DNA from: a bacterium
GTDB lineage: Bacteria > JAJRZV01
DNA: 45,488 nt
Reading direction: 5' to 3'
Assembly: GCA_024275095.1 (NCBI GenBank)
Contig: JAJRZV010000054.1
Location: forward strand, 1-45,488
Positions within the stretch are counted from its first letter, which is position 1. Each line of letters begins with the position of its first letter. A program made the position numbers and the translations under genes. This document shows, in pieces, positions 28,328-37,528 of this stretch. The notes under the pieces are model-generated. The model had not been told where the DNA came from, made no database searches, and worked only from the letters and a program-made list of their open reading frames with translations.

Positions 28328-30466
28328 ATGAAAAGCACGAAGAAACATTCGGTCATCCGGGTCATGGTTGCTGCTATTCTCCTCGGAATAGCAGTTCAGG
28401 GCTACGCGGCTCCCAAAAAATTCAAGATGAACTTCAAAGATGCGGACATAAAAGACATCGTCAAAGTTATATCCGATATTACAGGTCGAAGCTTCATTAT
28501 TGACCAAAAAGTCCGGGGAAAAATCACCATTATTGCCCCCCGCGAGGTAACAGGAGAGGAAGCCTACCGCATTTTTCTGTCCATTCTCGAGGCCAACGAT
28601 CTCACACTTGTAAAGGTGGGTAACATCTACAAAATCATCCCCGCACGCGAGGCAAAGAATTATTCCACGCGGATAGGCACCGGTGCATGGTTGCCTCCTG
28701 ACATTGATGAATTTGAGACGCGGCTCGTGCCGTTGAAATACATTAATGCACAGAGCATCGCCAATATAGTAAGGGCGCTTATTTCCAAATTCGGTAACAT
28801 TCAAACCTACGAACCCACCAATACGCTTATCATTACTGACCTGCGTTCCAATCTCAAAAAAATTCTCCAGATTATCTCGAAACTTGATACAGAAACATAC
28901 GGGGAAGTAGTCGAAATCATACCGGTGCAATACGCCGATGTTGAAAAAATCGCTTCCGTGCTGAAAGAAATTTTTGGAACCCAAAAAGGGCGCTCTGCCG
29001 CACCCGGACGAGGAGTGAAGGGAAAAGGTAGAATGCCGGAAAAAGCACAGGGCGCCATTTCAAAAATTATACCGTACGTACCGATCAACTCGCTCATTGT
29101 CGTGGGTTCTCCGGAAGGTATAGAAGCCATGAAAGAAATCATCAAACGCCTGGACGTTTCCGTGCCGGAAGGCGAGGGAACCATTCGGGTGTATTACCTG
29201 CAGTATGCCGACGCCGAGAGCATCGCTTCAACCCTCAACAGTGTCCTTACAGGGGTGAAAAAAACGAAAGGCAAAGTCGGTGGGAAGCAGGCTGGTCCAC
29301 AGGTCAAACTGAAAGAATCCAATTTCGCCATTACTGCTGATAAAGCAACAAACTCGCTCATCATCTTTGCAGCACCTCAAACCATGAAAGAGATCATCGC
29401 GCTCATTCAGAAGCTGGATATACCCCGTAAACAGGTGTATGTAGAAGCAGCAATAGTAGAAGTCTCGCTCAATAAATTACGCGAGTGGGGACTCCAGTAC
29501 CACGGGGGAAAGGCCTTCGGTGAAACAGCCGGCGCTGTCTTCGGTTGGGCACCGGGAGGAGCCAAAACCATCGTACTCGACCCCCAGCAATTGCTGGCAC
29601 TTTCCGGCCTTTTTGCTGCTGGATTTGGCAAAACCATAGAGGTTACAGTCGGAGGGGCGACTCTCAGCGTCCCCGCATTCGGGCTGTTTTTAAGGCTCCT
29701 TGAATCAGAGAACGACGTGAACGTGCTCTCCACGCCTCACATACTCACCATGGACAACGAGGAAGCAACCATCACGGTGGCCCAAAATGTACCTTTTCCC
29801 ACGGGCAAATCAGTCGGAGCAGGCGGTGTTACAACCCAGACCATTCAGCGTCAGGATGTGGGAATTACGCTGAAAATCACGCCCCGCATTAACGAAGCCA
29901 ATTCGGTTAATCTAAAAATATTCACTGAAGTATCAAATGTGTCTCAGGGACCGCAGGGACTGGATGTTAATGTCCTGGGAGTGACGACTTTTAAACGCAC
30001 GTCTCAAACAGTTGTGCAGGTTGCAGATTCACATACGGTGGTTATCGGCGGACTCATGAGAGATGCTGTTACAAAGACCGAACAAAAGGTACCTATCCTG
30101 GGCGATATTCCTATCATAGGCTGGTTTTTCCGCTCCACGCAAAAGCGTGTTGAAAAAACAAATCTGCTCATCTTTCTCACGCCTCACATTATTCGAAGTG
30201 AAGAAGATCTCATCCGTCTGAGCCAGGAAAAAATTGAAGAAGGGTTCAAGTTTCGACAGCTCTATACAGGTACAGGTGAAGAATTTCGCCGGCGATTCAG
30301 CCTGGAATCAAAAGAAAAAGGCAAAGAGGAAATTTCCCCTGAAGATCGAACTTCGCTGGAAGAAAAACTTTCTCCCAAACATCGCCAGGGTGCTCCCGAA
30401 AGTGTGACAACAACTCCTGCGCCAGTGACAGCACCCTCCATGCCTGCTGCTGTCACCAAGCCCTGA
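28328..30466 (+). CDS. gspD: Type II secretion secretin D
   Basis: MNFKDADI N0 domain, N1-N3 repeats, QVYVEAAIVEV, NVLSTP, DVGITLKITP and KVPILGDIPIIGWFF. Confidence 0.95.
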   Translation: MKSTKKHSVIRVMVAAILLGIAVQGYAAPKKFKMNFKDADIKDIVKVISDITGRSFIIDQKVRGKITIIAPREVTGEEAYRIFLSILEANDLTLVKVGNIYKIIPAREAKNYSTRIGTGAWLPPDIDEFETRLVPLKYINAQSIANIVRALISKFGNIQTYEPTNTLIITDLRSNLKKILQIISKLDTETYGEVVEIIPVQYADVEKIASVLKEIFGTQKGRSAAPGRGVKGKGRMPEKAQGAISKIIPYVPINSLIVVGSPEGIEAMKEIIKRLDVSVPEGEGTIRVYYLQYADAESIASTLNSVLTGVKKTKGKVGGKQAGPQVKLKESNFAITADKATNSLIIFAAPQTMKEIIALIQKLDIPRKQVYVEAAIVEVSLNKLREWGLQYHGGKAFGETAGAVFGWAPGGAKTIVLDPQQLLALSGLFAAGFGKTIEVTVGGATLSVPAFGLFLRLLESENDVNVLSTPHILTMDNEEATITVAQNVPFPTGKSVGAGGVTTQTIQRQDVGITLKITPRINEANSVNLKIFTEVSNVSQGPQGLDVNVLGVTTFKRTSQTVVQVADSHTVVIGGLMRDAVTKTEQKVPILGDIPIIGWFFRSTQKRVEKTNLLIFLTPHIIRSEEDLIRLSQEKIEEGFKFRQLYTGTGEEFRRRFSLESKEKGKEEISPEDRTSLEEKLSPKHRQGAPESVTTTPAPVTAPSMPAAVTKP

Positions 30467-30472
30467 AATGCC

Positions 30473-32059
30473 ATGAGCAAGCATTTCGTCGTGGTAGGAA
30501 CAGGCATAGCAGGCTTATATTTTGCTCTAAAAGCCAGTGATTTTGCAGATGTAACCATCATCACAAAAAAACGCAGTGAAGATGCCAATACTTTTTATGC
30601 ACAGGGCGGCATTGCCGCCGTGATGAGCGAAGACGATTCATTTGAAAGTCACATTACCGATACCCTCAGCGTAGGCGACGGGTTGTGCCGACCGGAGGTG
30701 GTGGAAATTGTGGTAAAAGACGCACCAAAACGCATTGTTGAACTCAAGGAAATGGGTGTCCCGTTCACGGAACGAAAAAACGACTTTGATCTCGGGAAGG
30801 AAGGTGGACATTCCAAAAGGCGTATCGTTCACGCGGGAGACATCACAGGAAGAGAAATTCACAGGGTGCTGCTGGAGCGCGCACAGGAGAAATCCCGCGT
30901 ACGCATACTTGAAGGCCACTTTGCAGTAGATCTCATCACCCGGCGCCGTTTTTTTGACAATGAAGCTCCGGATTAATGTTATGGCCTGTACGTGCTCAAT
31001 TCCTCGACCAAAAAGGTCGAATCTCTCGAAGCCGATGCTGTAATCCTTGCTACGGGTGGAGCAGGTAAAGTATATATGGTCACCAGTAACGCTGAGACCG
31101 CAACGGGTGATGGAATAGCCATGGCTTACCGCGCAGGCCTTCCAATACTGAACATGGAGTTCATACAGTTCCATCCAACCATACTCTATCACCCGCACGC
31201 GAAAAATTTTCTTATTTCCGAAGCATTAAGGGGAGAGGGAGGAGTACTTCGCTTAAAAGATGGAACAGCATTTATGGGGAAATATCATCACATGAAGGAT
31301 CTGGCACCACGTGATGTTGTGGCGCGGGCAATCGACCTGGAACTTAAACGCACCGGAGACGAATGTGTGTATCTGGATATGACACATCTGGACAAAGATT
31401 TTCTCATGCGCCGTTTTCCAAACATCTACCGCAAGTGTGAAGAACTGGGCATCGACATGTCGCGTGACCCCATCCCCGTGGTACCCGGAGCGCATTACCT
31501 TTGCGGTGGCGTTGACGTTGACACATGGGGACAAACAGAAATCCGCGGGCTCTTCGTACTGGGAGAGAGTGCCCATACCGGCCTGCACGGTGCCAACCGC
31601 CTGGCGTCCAACTCGCTTTTAGAAGCACTGGTGTTTGCCAACCGCGCTGCCCACAAGCTCAAGGAGGCTCCACCAGCCTTTGACATCAAGCCCTCCACCC
31701 TGCCCCGCTGGGAGACACGTGGTGCACGCGAGAGCGATGAAGCAGTGATTATCCTGCAAAACTGGGACGAGCTCAGAAGGCTCATGTGGAATTACGTCGG
31801 TATCGTCCGCTCGGATCGTCGGCTTGAACGCGCACGCCGCCGTATAGACATCATCAAACAGGAAACAGAAGAATACTACTGGAACTTCCTGGTCACCCCT
31901 GACTTTTTGGAGTTAAGAAACATTGTTACAATAGCGGATCTTATTGTAGAGTCTGCTTCCCGGAGACGGGAATCCCGGGGCACGCATTTCAACATCGACC
32001 ATCCATTGCGAGACGACAGGTACTTCGCCGCGCCAACCGTTATCAGGAGGGCTTTCTGA
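30473..32059 (+). pseudogene. nadB: L-aspartate oxidase interrupted by an in-frame TAA at 30974-30976
   Basis: Track ORFs 30473..30976 and 30992..32059 are in the same frame. GTGIAG, YAQGGIAA and EGGHS.RRI.H precede the stop. LATGG, QFHPT, LISEALRGEG, LAPRDVV, GLHGANRLASNSL and ESRG.H follow it. The junction reads EAPD*CYGLYVL. Confidence 0.9.
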
Positions 32060-32061
32060 TC

Positions 32062-32637
32062 GTGTTCTGTCCCAACTGTAAAAAAGAAACAGAGGCGATT
32101 ACGATTTTCGTCAAAGGCGAGGAGGTCAATCACTGCGCCTACTGCGGTAATACCATCTCCACCACCGCCCCCGATTTCTCGTCCAAAAACTTTGCGATTC
32201 TCAACCGGGTCCTGGTGGCAGAAGACTCCAGGCTCCTGCAGGAAATATCACGTGATGCAATTCTCGAACACAAAATTGCCAAAGATGTGGTGGTGTGTTC
32301 GCACGGTGGTGAAATGGTGGAAAGTTACGCTAAAGCTTTGCGAGAACGAAAACCGTTTAATCTGATGGTGGTGGACATCAACATGCCTGTGCTCGGGGGT
32401 CTGTCCGCATCTGTGGCTATAAGAGCCATGGAACGCGGGCTTCATATTTCACCACCGGTGCCTATCCTCTTTTTTACGGTATCCCAGCTCACAGAAGAGA
32501 TGAGGCGTTTCTTTCTTCTGGTTAAACCTGCTGTTTATCTCTACAAAGGAGAAGTGGCAGAGCCGGAGCGACTGGCAACACGTCTGGTAAAAGGCATTTT
32601 TAAACTCTATCAGCAAACAGGGAAAAAATCTCCATGA
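32062..32637 (+). CDS. Response regulator with an N-terminal zinc ribbon
   Basis: CPNC...CAYC followed by a receiver domain (VLVAEDS, VVDINMP, FFT, YLYK). Confidence 0.8.
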   Translation: MFCPNCKKETEAITIFVKGEEVNHCAYCGNTISTTAPDFSSKNFAILNRVLVAEDSRLLQEISRDAILEHKIAKDVVVCSHGGEMVESYAKALRERKPFNLMVVDINMPVLGGLSASVAIRAMERGLHISPPVPILFFTVSQLTEEMRRFFLLVKPAVYLYKGEVAEPERLATRLVKGIFKLYQQTGKKSP

Positions 32638-33317
32638 AGGGTCCCGGTTTTCAATTTCACTGGCGCACCTCATACCGCTCGGGACGCGAGGTCGAACGTG
32701 GAACAAAAAGCAAAAGGCCAAAGGCATCTCTGCCACCACCTGATTTTCACGGTGATTTACTTTACCTGCTTTCAGAAAGGCGGTCCCGAAGGGTTTTAAA
32801 AGGTCCTGTCAGTGTTCAGGAGCTGGCTTCGGTGCTCTGGGCAGCCAACGGAGTTACACTGAAAAAGCGTTTTGTATCATTTCGCACAGCACCATCCGCC
32901 GGAGCTCTCTATTGTGTGGAAAACTACGTATCCGTTCAAAATGTAGAAGACATCAAGGCCGGCATTTACCGCTATCTTCCTGAAGAACACGCCTTAAAAC
33001 CCCTTTTCGAAGGTGACCACTCCAGGGCTTTGAAACGAGCGTGCCTGGATCAGGACTTCGTAGGAGAAGCAGCCTTCAACATTTTGTGGACTGTGGTTGT
33101 TCAACGCTTCATCGCTCATTACAGTGCCAGAGGATGGAGATATGCCTTCTTGGACGCAGGCCACATCGCAGAAAATGCTTTCCTTGCCTGCGAGGCACTC
33201 GGGCTGGGAGCGTGTCCGGTTGGTGCCTTCTACGACGATGAAATTTCCGGTATCCTTGACCTTCAGGAAGGTGAATACCCCCTGTATCTTCTCGCTGTAG
33301 GCAAGAGAAAAAAATGA
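32634..33317 (+). CDS. SagB/ThcOx-type nitroreductase-family protein
   Basis: RRSRR, RTAPSAGALY, GIYRY, DAGHIAEN and GACPVGAFYD. Confidence 0.88.
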   Translation: MKGPGFQFHWRTSYRSGREVERGTKSKRPKASLPPPDFHGDLLYLLSERRSRRVLKGPVSVQELASVLWAANGVTLKKRFVSFRTAPSAGALYCVENYVSVQNVEDIKAGIYRYLPEEHALKPLFEGDHSRALKRACLDQDFVGEAAFNILWTVVVQRFIAHYSARGWRYAFLDAGHIAENAFLACEALGLGACPVGAFYDDEISGILDLQEGEYPLYLLAVGKRKK

Positions 33318-34651
33318 AAAATCTCGACTTCGTTATCATCGGCGGGGGCCCGGCAGGATACACCGCCGCCGTTCGAGCAGCGCAACAGGGACGCTCTGTT
33401 ACTCTTTTCGAAAAAGCAGACCTCGGAGGAGTATGCCTTAACCGGGGTTGTATTCCAACAAAAGCAGCTGTAGAGGTGGCGCGTGTGGTCAGGGAAAGTC
33501 TGCATGCTGGGGCGGTACTACCCCAGCAAAAAGATTTATGGAATACAGTAAAAAAACGCGTGAGAGATGCTGTAGAGACCGACCTCAAAGGGATTGAGCG
33601 CCTGTTAAAGAACTATGAGGTAGAAATACGCAGGGAAAAGGTCCAGTTTGTGAATGAAAAAGCAGTAGGGGCGCCTTCTGGAGAATACTCGTTTCAGCAC
33701 TGTTTAATAGCTACTGGTACTTCTCCCTGGACACCCGAAAAAATACATTCGGAGGAAGCCTGGACAGAAGAAACATGGCTCCAGATGGAAAGCCTGCCCG
33801 AGTCCTGTATCGTAATAGGCGGGGGTGTGGCGGGGTGTGAAATTGCATTTGTTCTCCAGGCCCTGGGGGTTCAGGTAACGCTGGTGGAGATGGCTCCCCA
33901 AATTCTTCCTTTTGTTCCGGCAGATATTGCCGGCACGCTGGAGAGAGAACTGAAAAAGCAGAAAGTTCGTGTCATCAAAAACTTTCGGGTTGAACGTGTG
34001 GAAGGGAAAAACGGAGAAATGCACATCTCCGGTTCCGGTGAAACTCTCACCGCGAAAGGTGCCATCCTGGCCCTCGGGCGTCAACCGTGTACTGCCGAGC
34101 TCAACCTGGAAAAGGCGGGGGTGGAAACCAGCGAAGATGGATTCATTGTGATAAATTCCTCAATGCAAACTTCCAATCCCCACATCTATGCTGCAGGAGA
34201 TATTACGGGACCACCATTCCTCGCCCACAGGGCATACCATCAGGCAATTATCGCAGCGGAAAACGCGTGTGGTACAGCAACTACCAATACCGGTATATTT
34301 CCATACGCTGTTTTCACAGAACCTGAAGCAGCAGGATTTATCACTCCCGAGGTTCAATTATCAGGACTTGCGAATGTAAAAGTACCGGTGCGCGTTCTCG
34401 GCCGAGCCCATGCAAGCGGCAAACTGGGCGGAGAAGTGAAAATCCTTTACGAAGAAACCTCGCACCGCATCAGGGGAATATACCTGATTTCTCACGGGGC
34501 ATCCGAGATCATATCGGCCCTTTACCCTGCTTTCGTAAAAGGCCTGTTCTTGGAAGATCTGGCATATGCACCCCTTTCACATCCTACCTTTTCGGAAGTC
34601 CTGCGCGAAGCAGCCCTGAAGGCCCTGGGTGTACCACACCACGCACTTTAA
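33314..34651 (+). CDS. lpdA: Dihydrolipoamide dehydrogenase family flavoprotein
   Basis: GGGPAG, GGVCLNRGCIPTK (redox disulfide), GGGVAG, IYAAGD, LAH.A and HPTFSE. Confidence 0.85.
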   Translation: MKNLDFVIIGGGPAGYTAAVRAAQQGRSVTLFEKADLGGVCLNRGCIPTKAAVEVARVVRESLHAGAVLPQQKDLWNTVKKRVRDAVETDLKGIERLLKNYEVEIRREKVQFVNEKAVGAPSGEYSFQHCLIATGTSPWTPEKIHSEEAWTEETWLQMESLPESCIVIGGGVAGCEIAFVLQALGVQVTLVEMAPQILPFVPADIAGTLERELKKQKVRVIKNFRVERVEGKNGEMHISGSGETLTAKGAILALGRQPCTAELNLEKAGVETSEDGFIVINSSMQTSNPHIYAAGDITGPPFLAHRAYHQAIIAAENACGTATTNTGIFPYAVFTEPEAAGFITPEVQLSGLANVKVPVRVLGRAHASGKLGGEVKILYEETSHRIRGIYLISHGASEIISALYPAFVKGLFLEDLAYAPLSHPTFSEVLREAALKALGVPHHAL

Positions 34652-34659
34652 TCAGTTTT

Positions 34660-35370
34660 TTAAGAAAACTTTTTGAAAAATTTTTTCAGGTGAGGCATTG
34701 TCTTTTCACGAGCGCCGTCCGAGTCAAACATCCCTTCTAACAAATCGTTTATAAAAGAATGAGGAACGGTAAAAAGCATCTCTTCCCTAGCAAAGCCGCA
34801 GATTTCCCGCGCCACATTGTCGGGAATGGTGATTGAGGGCGAATCCGTAACCAGCGGGTTGGTGATTGAACCCTGGCACAGAGCCGCATAGTAAAAAGGA
34901 ATGACCAGGTCTCCACGGGAATAAGCCAGTGCAGAATGCAGTCTGTGTACCTGATGAGGATCCGCACGGAAAACATACAACAGCGGTGGAACCGTCAGGT
35001 TGAGCCCTGCAGAAAGCTCGAAACAACGATAGCGCCCACGTGGTGGTACGGGTATAGACTGGAACCACTTTTGAATGACACGTTGATCCTTAAAAAGTCT
35101 CTCAACCTGTGTCAGCACGTATTCGAGACCACTTTGAAAATCATCAAATCCCAACCAGTGACGTGCTCCAAAACACGAGAGGTTTTGAGAGTGCAAATAT
35201 ACTGTTCGACCTGCAAAAGCCTGTTTTATACCTGTACAGGCAAAAAGCCGACTCTTTTCCCTCTCTTTCGGGATATCATCCAGGCCTTTTACGCACACGA
35301 TGGGATGACGAAGCCCGAGAAACCCTGCAAGTCGTTTAAGTTGCCCTGTTAAATCCAGAAAACCGTTCAA
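34660..35370 (-). CDS. DUF169-like protein
   Basis: Pattern P-I-V-C-V-K, C...A..G...L...NLSC.GA...LG, LC, C.AR-like DNVAR and EML..VP. Start overlaps the upstream stop. Confidence 0.65.
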   Translation of the reverse strand: MNGFLDLTGQLKRLAGFLGLRHPIVCVKGLDDIPKEREKSRLFACTGIKQAFAGRTVYLHSQNLSCFGARHWLGFDDFQSGLEYVLTQVERLFKDQRVIQKWFQSIPVPPRGRYRCFELSAGLNLTVPPLLYVFRADPHQVHRLHSALAYSRGDLVIPFYYAALCQGSITNPLVTDSPSITIPDNVAREICGFAREEMLFTVPHSFINDLLEGMFDSDGAREKTMPHLKKFFKKFS

Positions 35371-36857
35371 ACAGAGGCCCCGGTGAGCGAAAAGTACCTT
35401 TCACCGTACTGGACCATTTTCGCAAGTGCCCTTACAGCCCGTTCAGCAGTTGGATAAACCGGTACACCCCGGCGGTAAAGCCCGAGGATTCCATCATTGC
35501 CCAAGTGGACAGCCGCAGGCGCCATGTCTGATGCAATAACAATGGGTTTACCATACTCCCGAATAAGACGTGCCACAGACTCAACCTGTCTTTCTGTTTC
35601 AGCAGAGGCGAATGTAATCACAACCTGCTTTTCCATATCTGTCATATACCTGGACTCTCTGGCGTGAAGTACGGCCCCGTACATGTACCCTGCTCCCAGG
35701 TAAAGCACAGCATCAACTTCCGGGTTGGCCACCAGGCGTTCCAGAATTCTGCCCACGAGATTTTCACCCCGCGAGGCGACCATATCAATGGGATTGTTTC
35801 TGCTCCAGTATGGAGGCAGGATCTCGTCCAGTTCACGAATAAGGTCATCCGGCAACCTGATAAGCTCAAGTCCCTCCCGTTCCACCGCATCGGCACTGAG
35901 CACACCCCATCCGCCTCCCTCACTGAGAATTGCCACCCGTTTCCCCCGCGGAAGGGGCAGGTACTGAAAAGCCATGCTCATGTCAAAAAACTCGTCGAGT
36001 GTCTCCACCAGCACGGCACCGGCCTGTTTTACAGCAGCAGCAAACACGCGGTATGAACTGGCGAGTGAACCTGTGTGAGAGGCCGCTGCCTTCATTCCTC
36101 CGGAGGTTTTGCCACCTTTAAGCACAACCACCGGTTTGCGCGAAGCTAAATACTGGAGCGCCTCGAAAAAGGACCGGCCCTCTCTCACTCCTTCCACATA
36201 ACATGCAACCGCCTTGGTTAAAGGGTCGCGCGCGTAATAGTGAAAGTACTCCGCCTTGGTGAGCATGGCTTCGTTTCCACTGGATATAAACTTCGAGACA
36301 CCGAAACCACGCATCTTCATCCAGCCGGAGATGGTGCCGCAGATATTGCCACTCTGGGACACAATGGACAGGTGCCCCGGTGGAGGAAGGATATCCTGCA
36401 TGGTGGCGGTCATCTTCAGGTGCGCATTCATCACTCCCTGACCGTTCGGTCCGCCCATGGGCACACCTGCCTCCAGCATAAAAGCGGCCAGTTCCTTTTC
36501 CATGCGGGTGTACTCATCTCCGGCCTCACTGAATCCTGAAGTAATCACCATCACAGCACCCACCCGTGCCTTCACGCATTCTTTAAGAGCATCAAAAACC
36601 TTCTCCCGGGGAATGGTGATGAGGGCGAGGTCCACGGGCGAAGGTACTTCGTGTATGCTTTTATAGGCCCTGAGACCCAGGATCGTACCGCCTTTGGGAT
36701 TGATGGGGAAAACCGTGCCTGTGTAACCGTTTTGAAGAAGGTTGTGCAGCACGCGATAGCCCCACTTGGCCGGCATGGTGGATGCTCCCACCAGTGCAAT
36801 GGTGGAGGGTTCAAACAACTTGTTCATGCGCTGAATAATTTGTTGAGTCACCATCAT
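35367..36857 (-). CDS. ADP-forming acyl-CoA synthetase, alpha (CoA-binding) subunit
   Basis: IALVGAS...KWG, PINP, ITSGFSE, GPNGQG, SQSG, ASHTGSLA (phospho-His) and NPIDM. Confidence 0.92.
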   Translation of the reverse strand: MMVTQQIIQRMNKLFEPSTIALVGASTMPAKWGYRVLHNLLQNGYTGTVFPINPKGGTILGLRAYKSIHEVPSPVDLALITIPREKVFDALKECVKARVGAVMVITSGFSEAGDEYTRMEKELAAFMLEAGVPMGGPNGQGVMNAHLKMTATMQDILPPPGHLSIVSQSGNICGTISGWMKMRGFGVSKFISSGNEAMLTKAEYFHYYARDPLTKAVACYVEGVREGRSFFEALQYLASRKPVVVLKGGKTSGGMKAAASHTGSLASSYRVFAAAVKQAGAVLVETLDEFFDMSMAFQYLPLPRGKRVAILSEGGGWGVLSADAVEREGLELIRLPDDLIRELDEILPPYWSRNNPIDMVASRGENLVGRILERLVANPEVDAVLYLGAGYMYGAVLHARESRYMTDMEKQVVITFASAETERQVESVARLIREYGKPIVIASDMAPAAVHLGNDGILGLYRRGVPVYPTAERAVRALAKMVQYGERYFSLTGASV

Positions 36858-37528
36858 TTGAGCACCACCAGGGCGTCTGCTGCGTACAGTTCACCATCCA
36901 TGGGCATGAGGGGGTTCACATCCACCGAAGATATTTCCGGGGCCTTCTCCGGAAGTCTCGAAAAAGAAGCAATAAGCGAGGCGAGTTTTTCCCGGCTTAC
37001 TGGAGGCTCACCCCGAAAAGCACCCAGCAGACGTGAGGCACGCGTCTCGTCCAGCATTTTCAATGCCTCCTTTTCATCAACAGGACACAATCTCATGCTC
37101 ACCTCGTCAAGAACCTCAGTAAGCACACCCCCCAGGCCGAACACGACCACGGGACCAAACGTGGAATCGGTGTGCAGGCCCAGCAAAAACTCCCTTTTAG
37201 AAACGATCATTTTCTCAATCAACACCGCTGCTCCTGAACCGGCTCGTTCCTGAAGAATGCGAAACGCCCTTTTTACACCTTCTGAATCAGAAACATTCAC
37301 CATCACCAATCCTTTGTCGGATTTGTGGGACTCTCCGGGTACAAGCCCCTTGGCGACCACCGGGTAGCCGAGCTTTTCAGCCACCGCCACGGCTTCGTCC
37401 TGAGAACTTACAACTTTTCCGGGGGGTATTTGAATTCCGCATAAAGTAAAAAGCAGTTCCTTCGACTCCTTTTCAGAAAGGATTTTACGTCCTTCTCTGA
37501 AAGCTCTCTCTACAATTTCAATCGTCAT
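36854..37528 (-). CDS. ADP-forming acyl-CoA synthetase, beta (ATP-grasp) subunit
   Basis: LSEKESK, GYPVVAK, HKSDKG, FGPVVVFGLGG and DVNP...ADA. Confidence 0.92.
   Translation of the reverse strand: MTIEIVERAFREGRKILSEKESKELLFTLCGIQIPPGKVVSSQDEAVAVAEKLGYPVVAKGLVPGESHKSDKGLVMVNVSDSEGVKRAFRILQERAGSGAAVLIEKMIVSKREFLLGLHTDSTFGPVVVFGLGGVLTEVLDEVSMRLCPVDEKEALKMLDETRASRLLGAFRGEPPVSREKLASLIASFSRLPEKAPEISSVDVNPLMPMDGELYAADALVVLK

Noticed and set aside
28193-28984. 263-aa minus-strand ORF
   Set aside because: Antisense to gspD and gspC.
32634-33317. RiPP (thiazole/oxazole) cluster around the SagB-like gene
   Set aside because: No YcaO cyclodehydratase or precursor peptide nearby. Stand-alone members are common.
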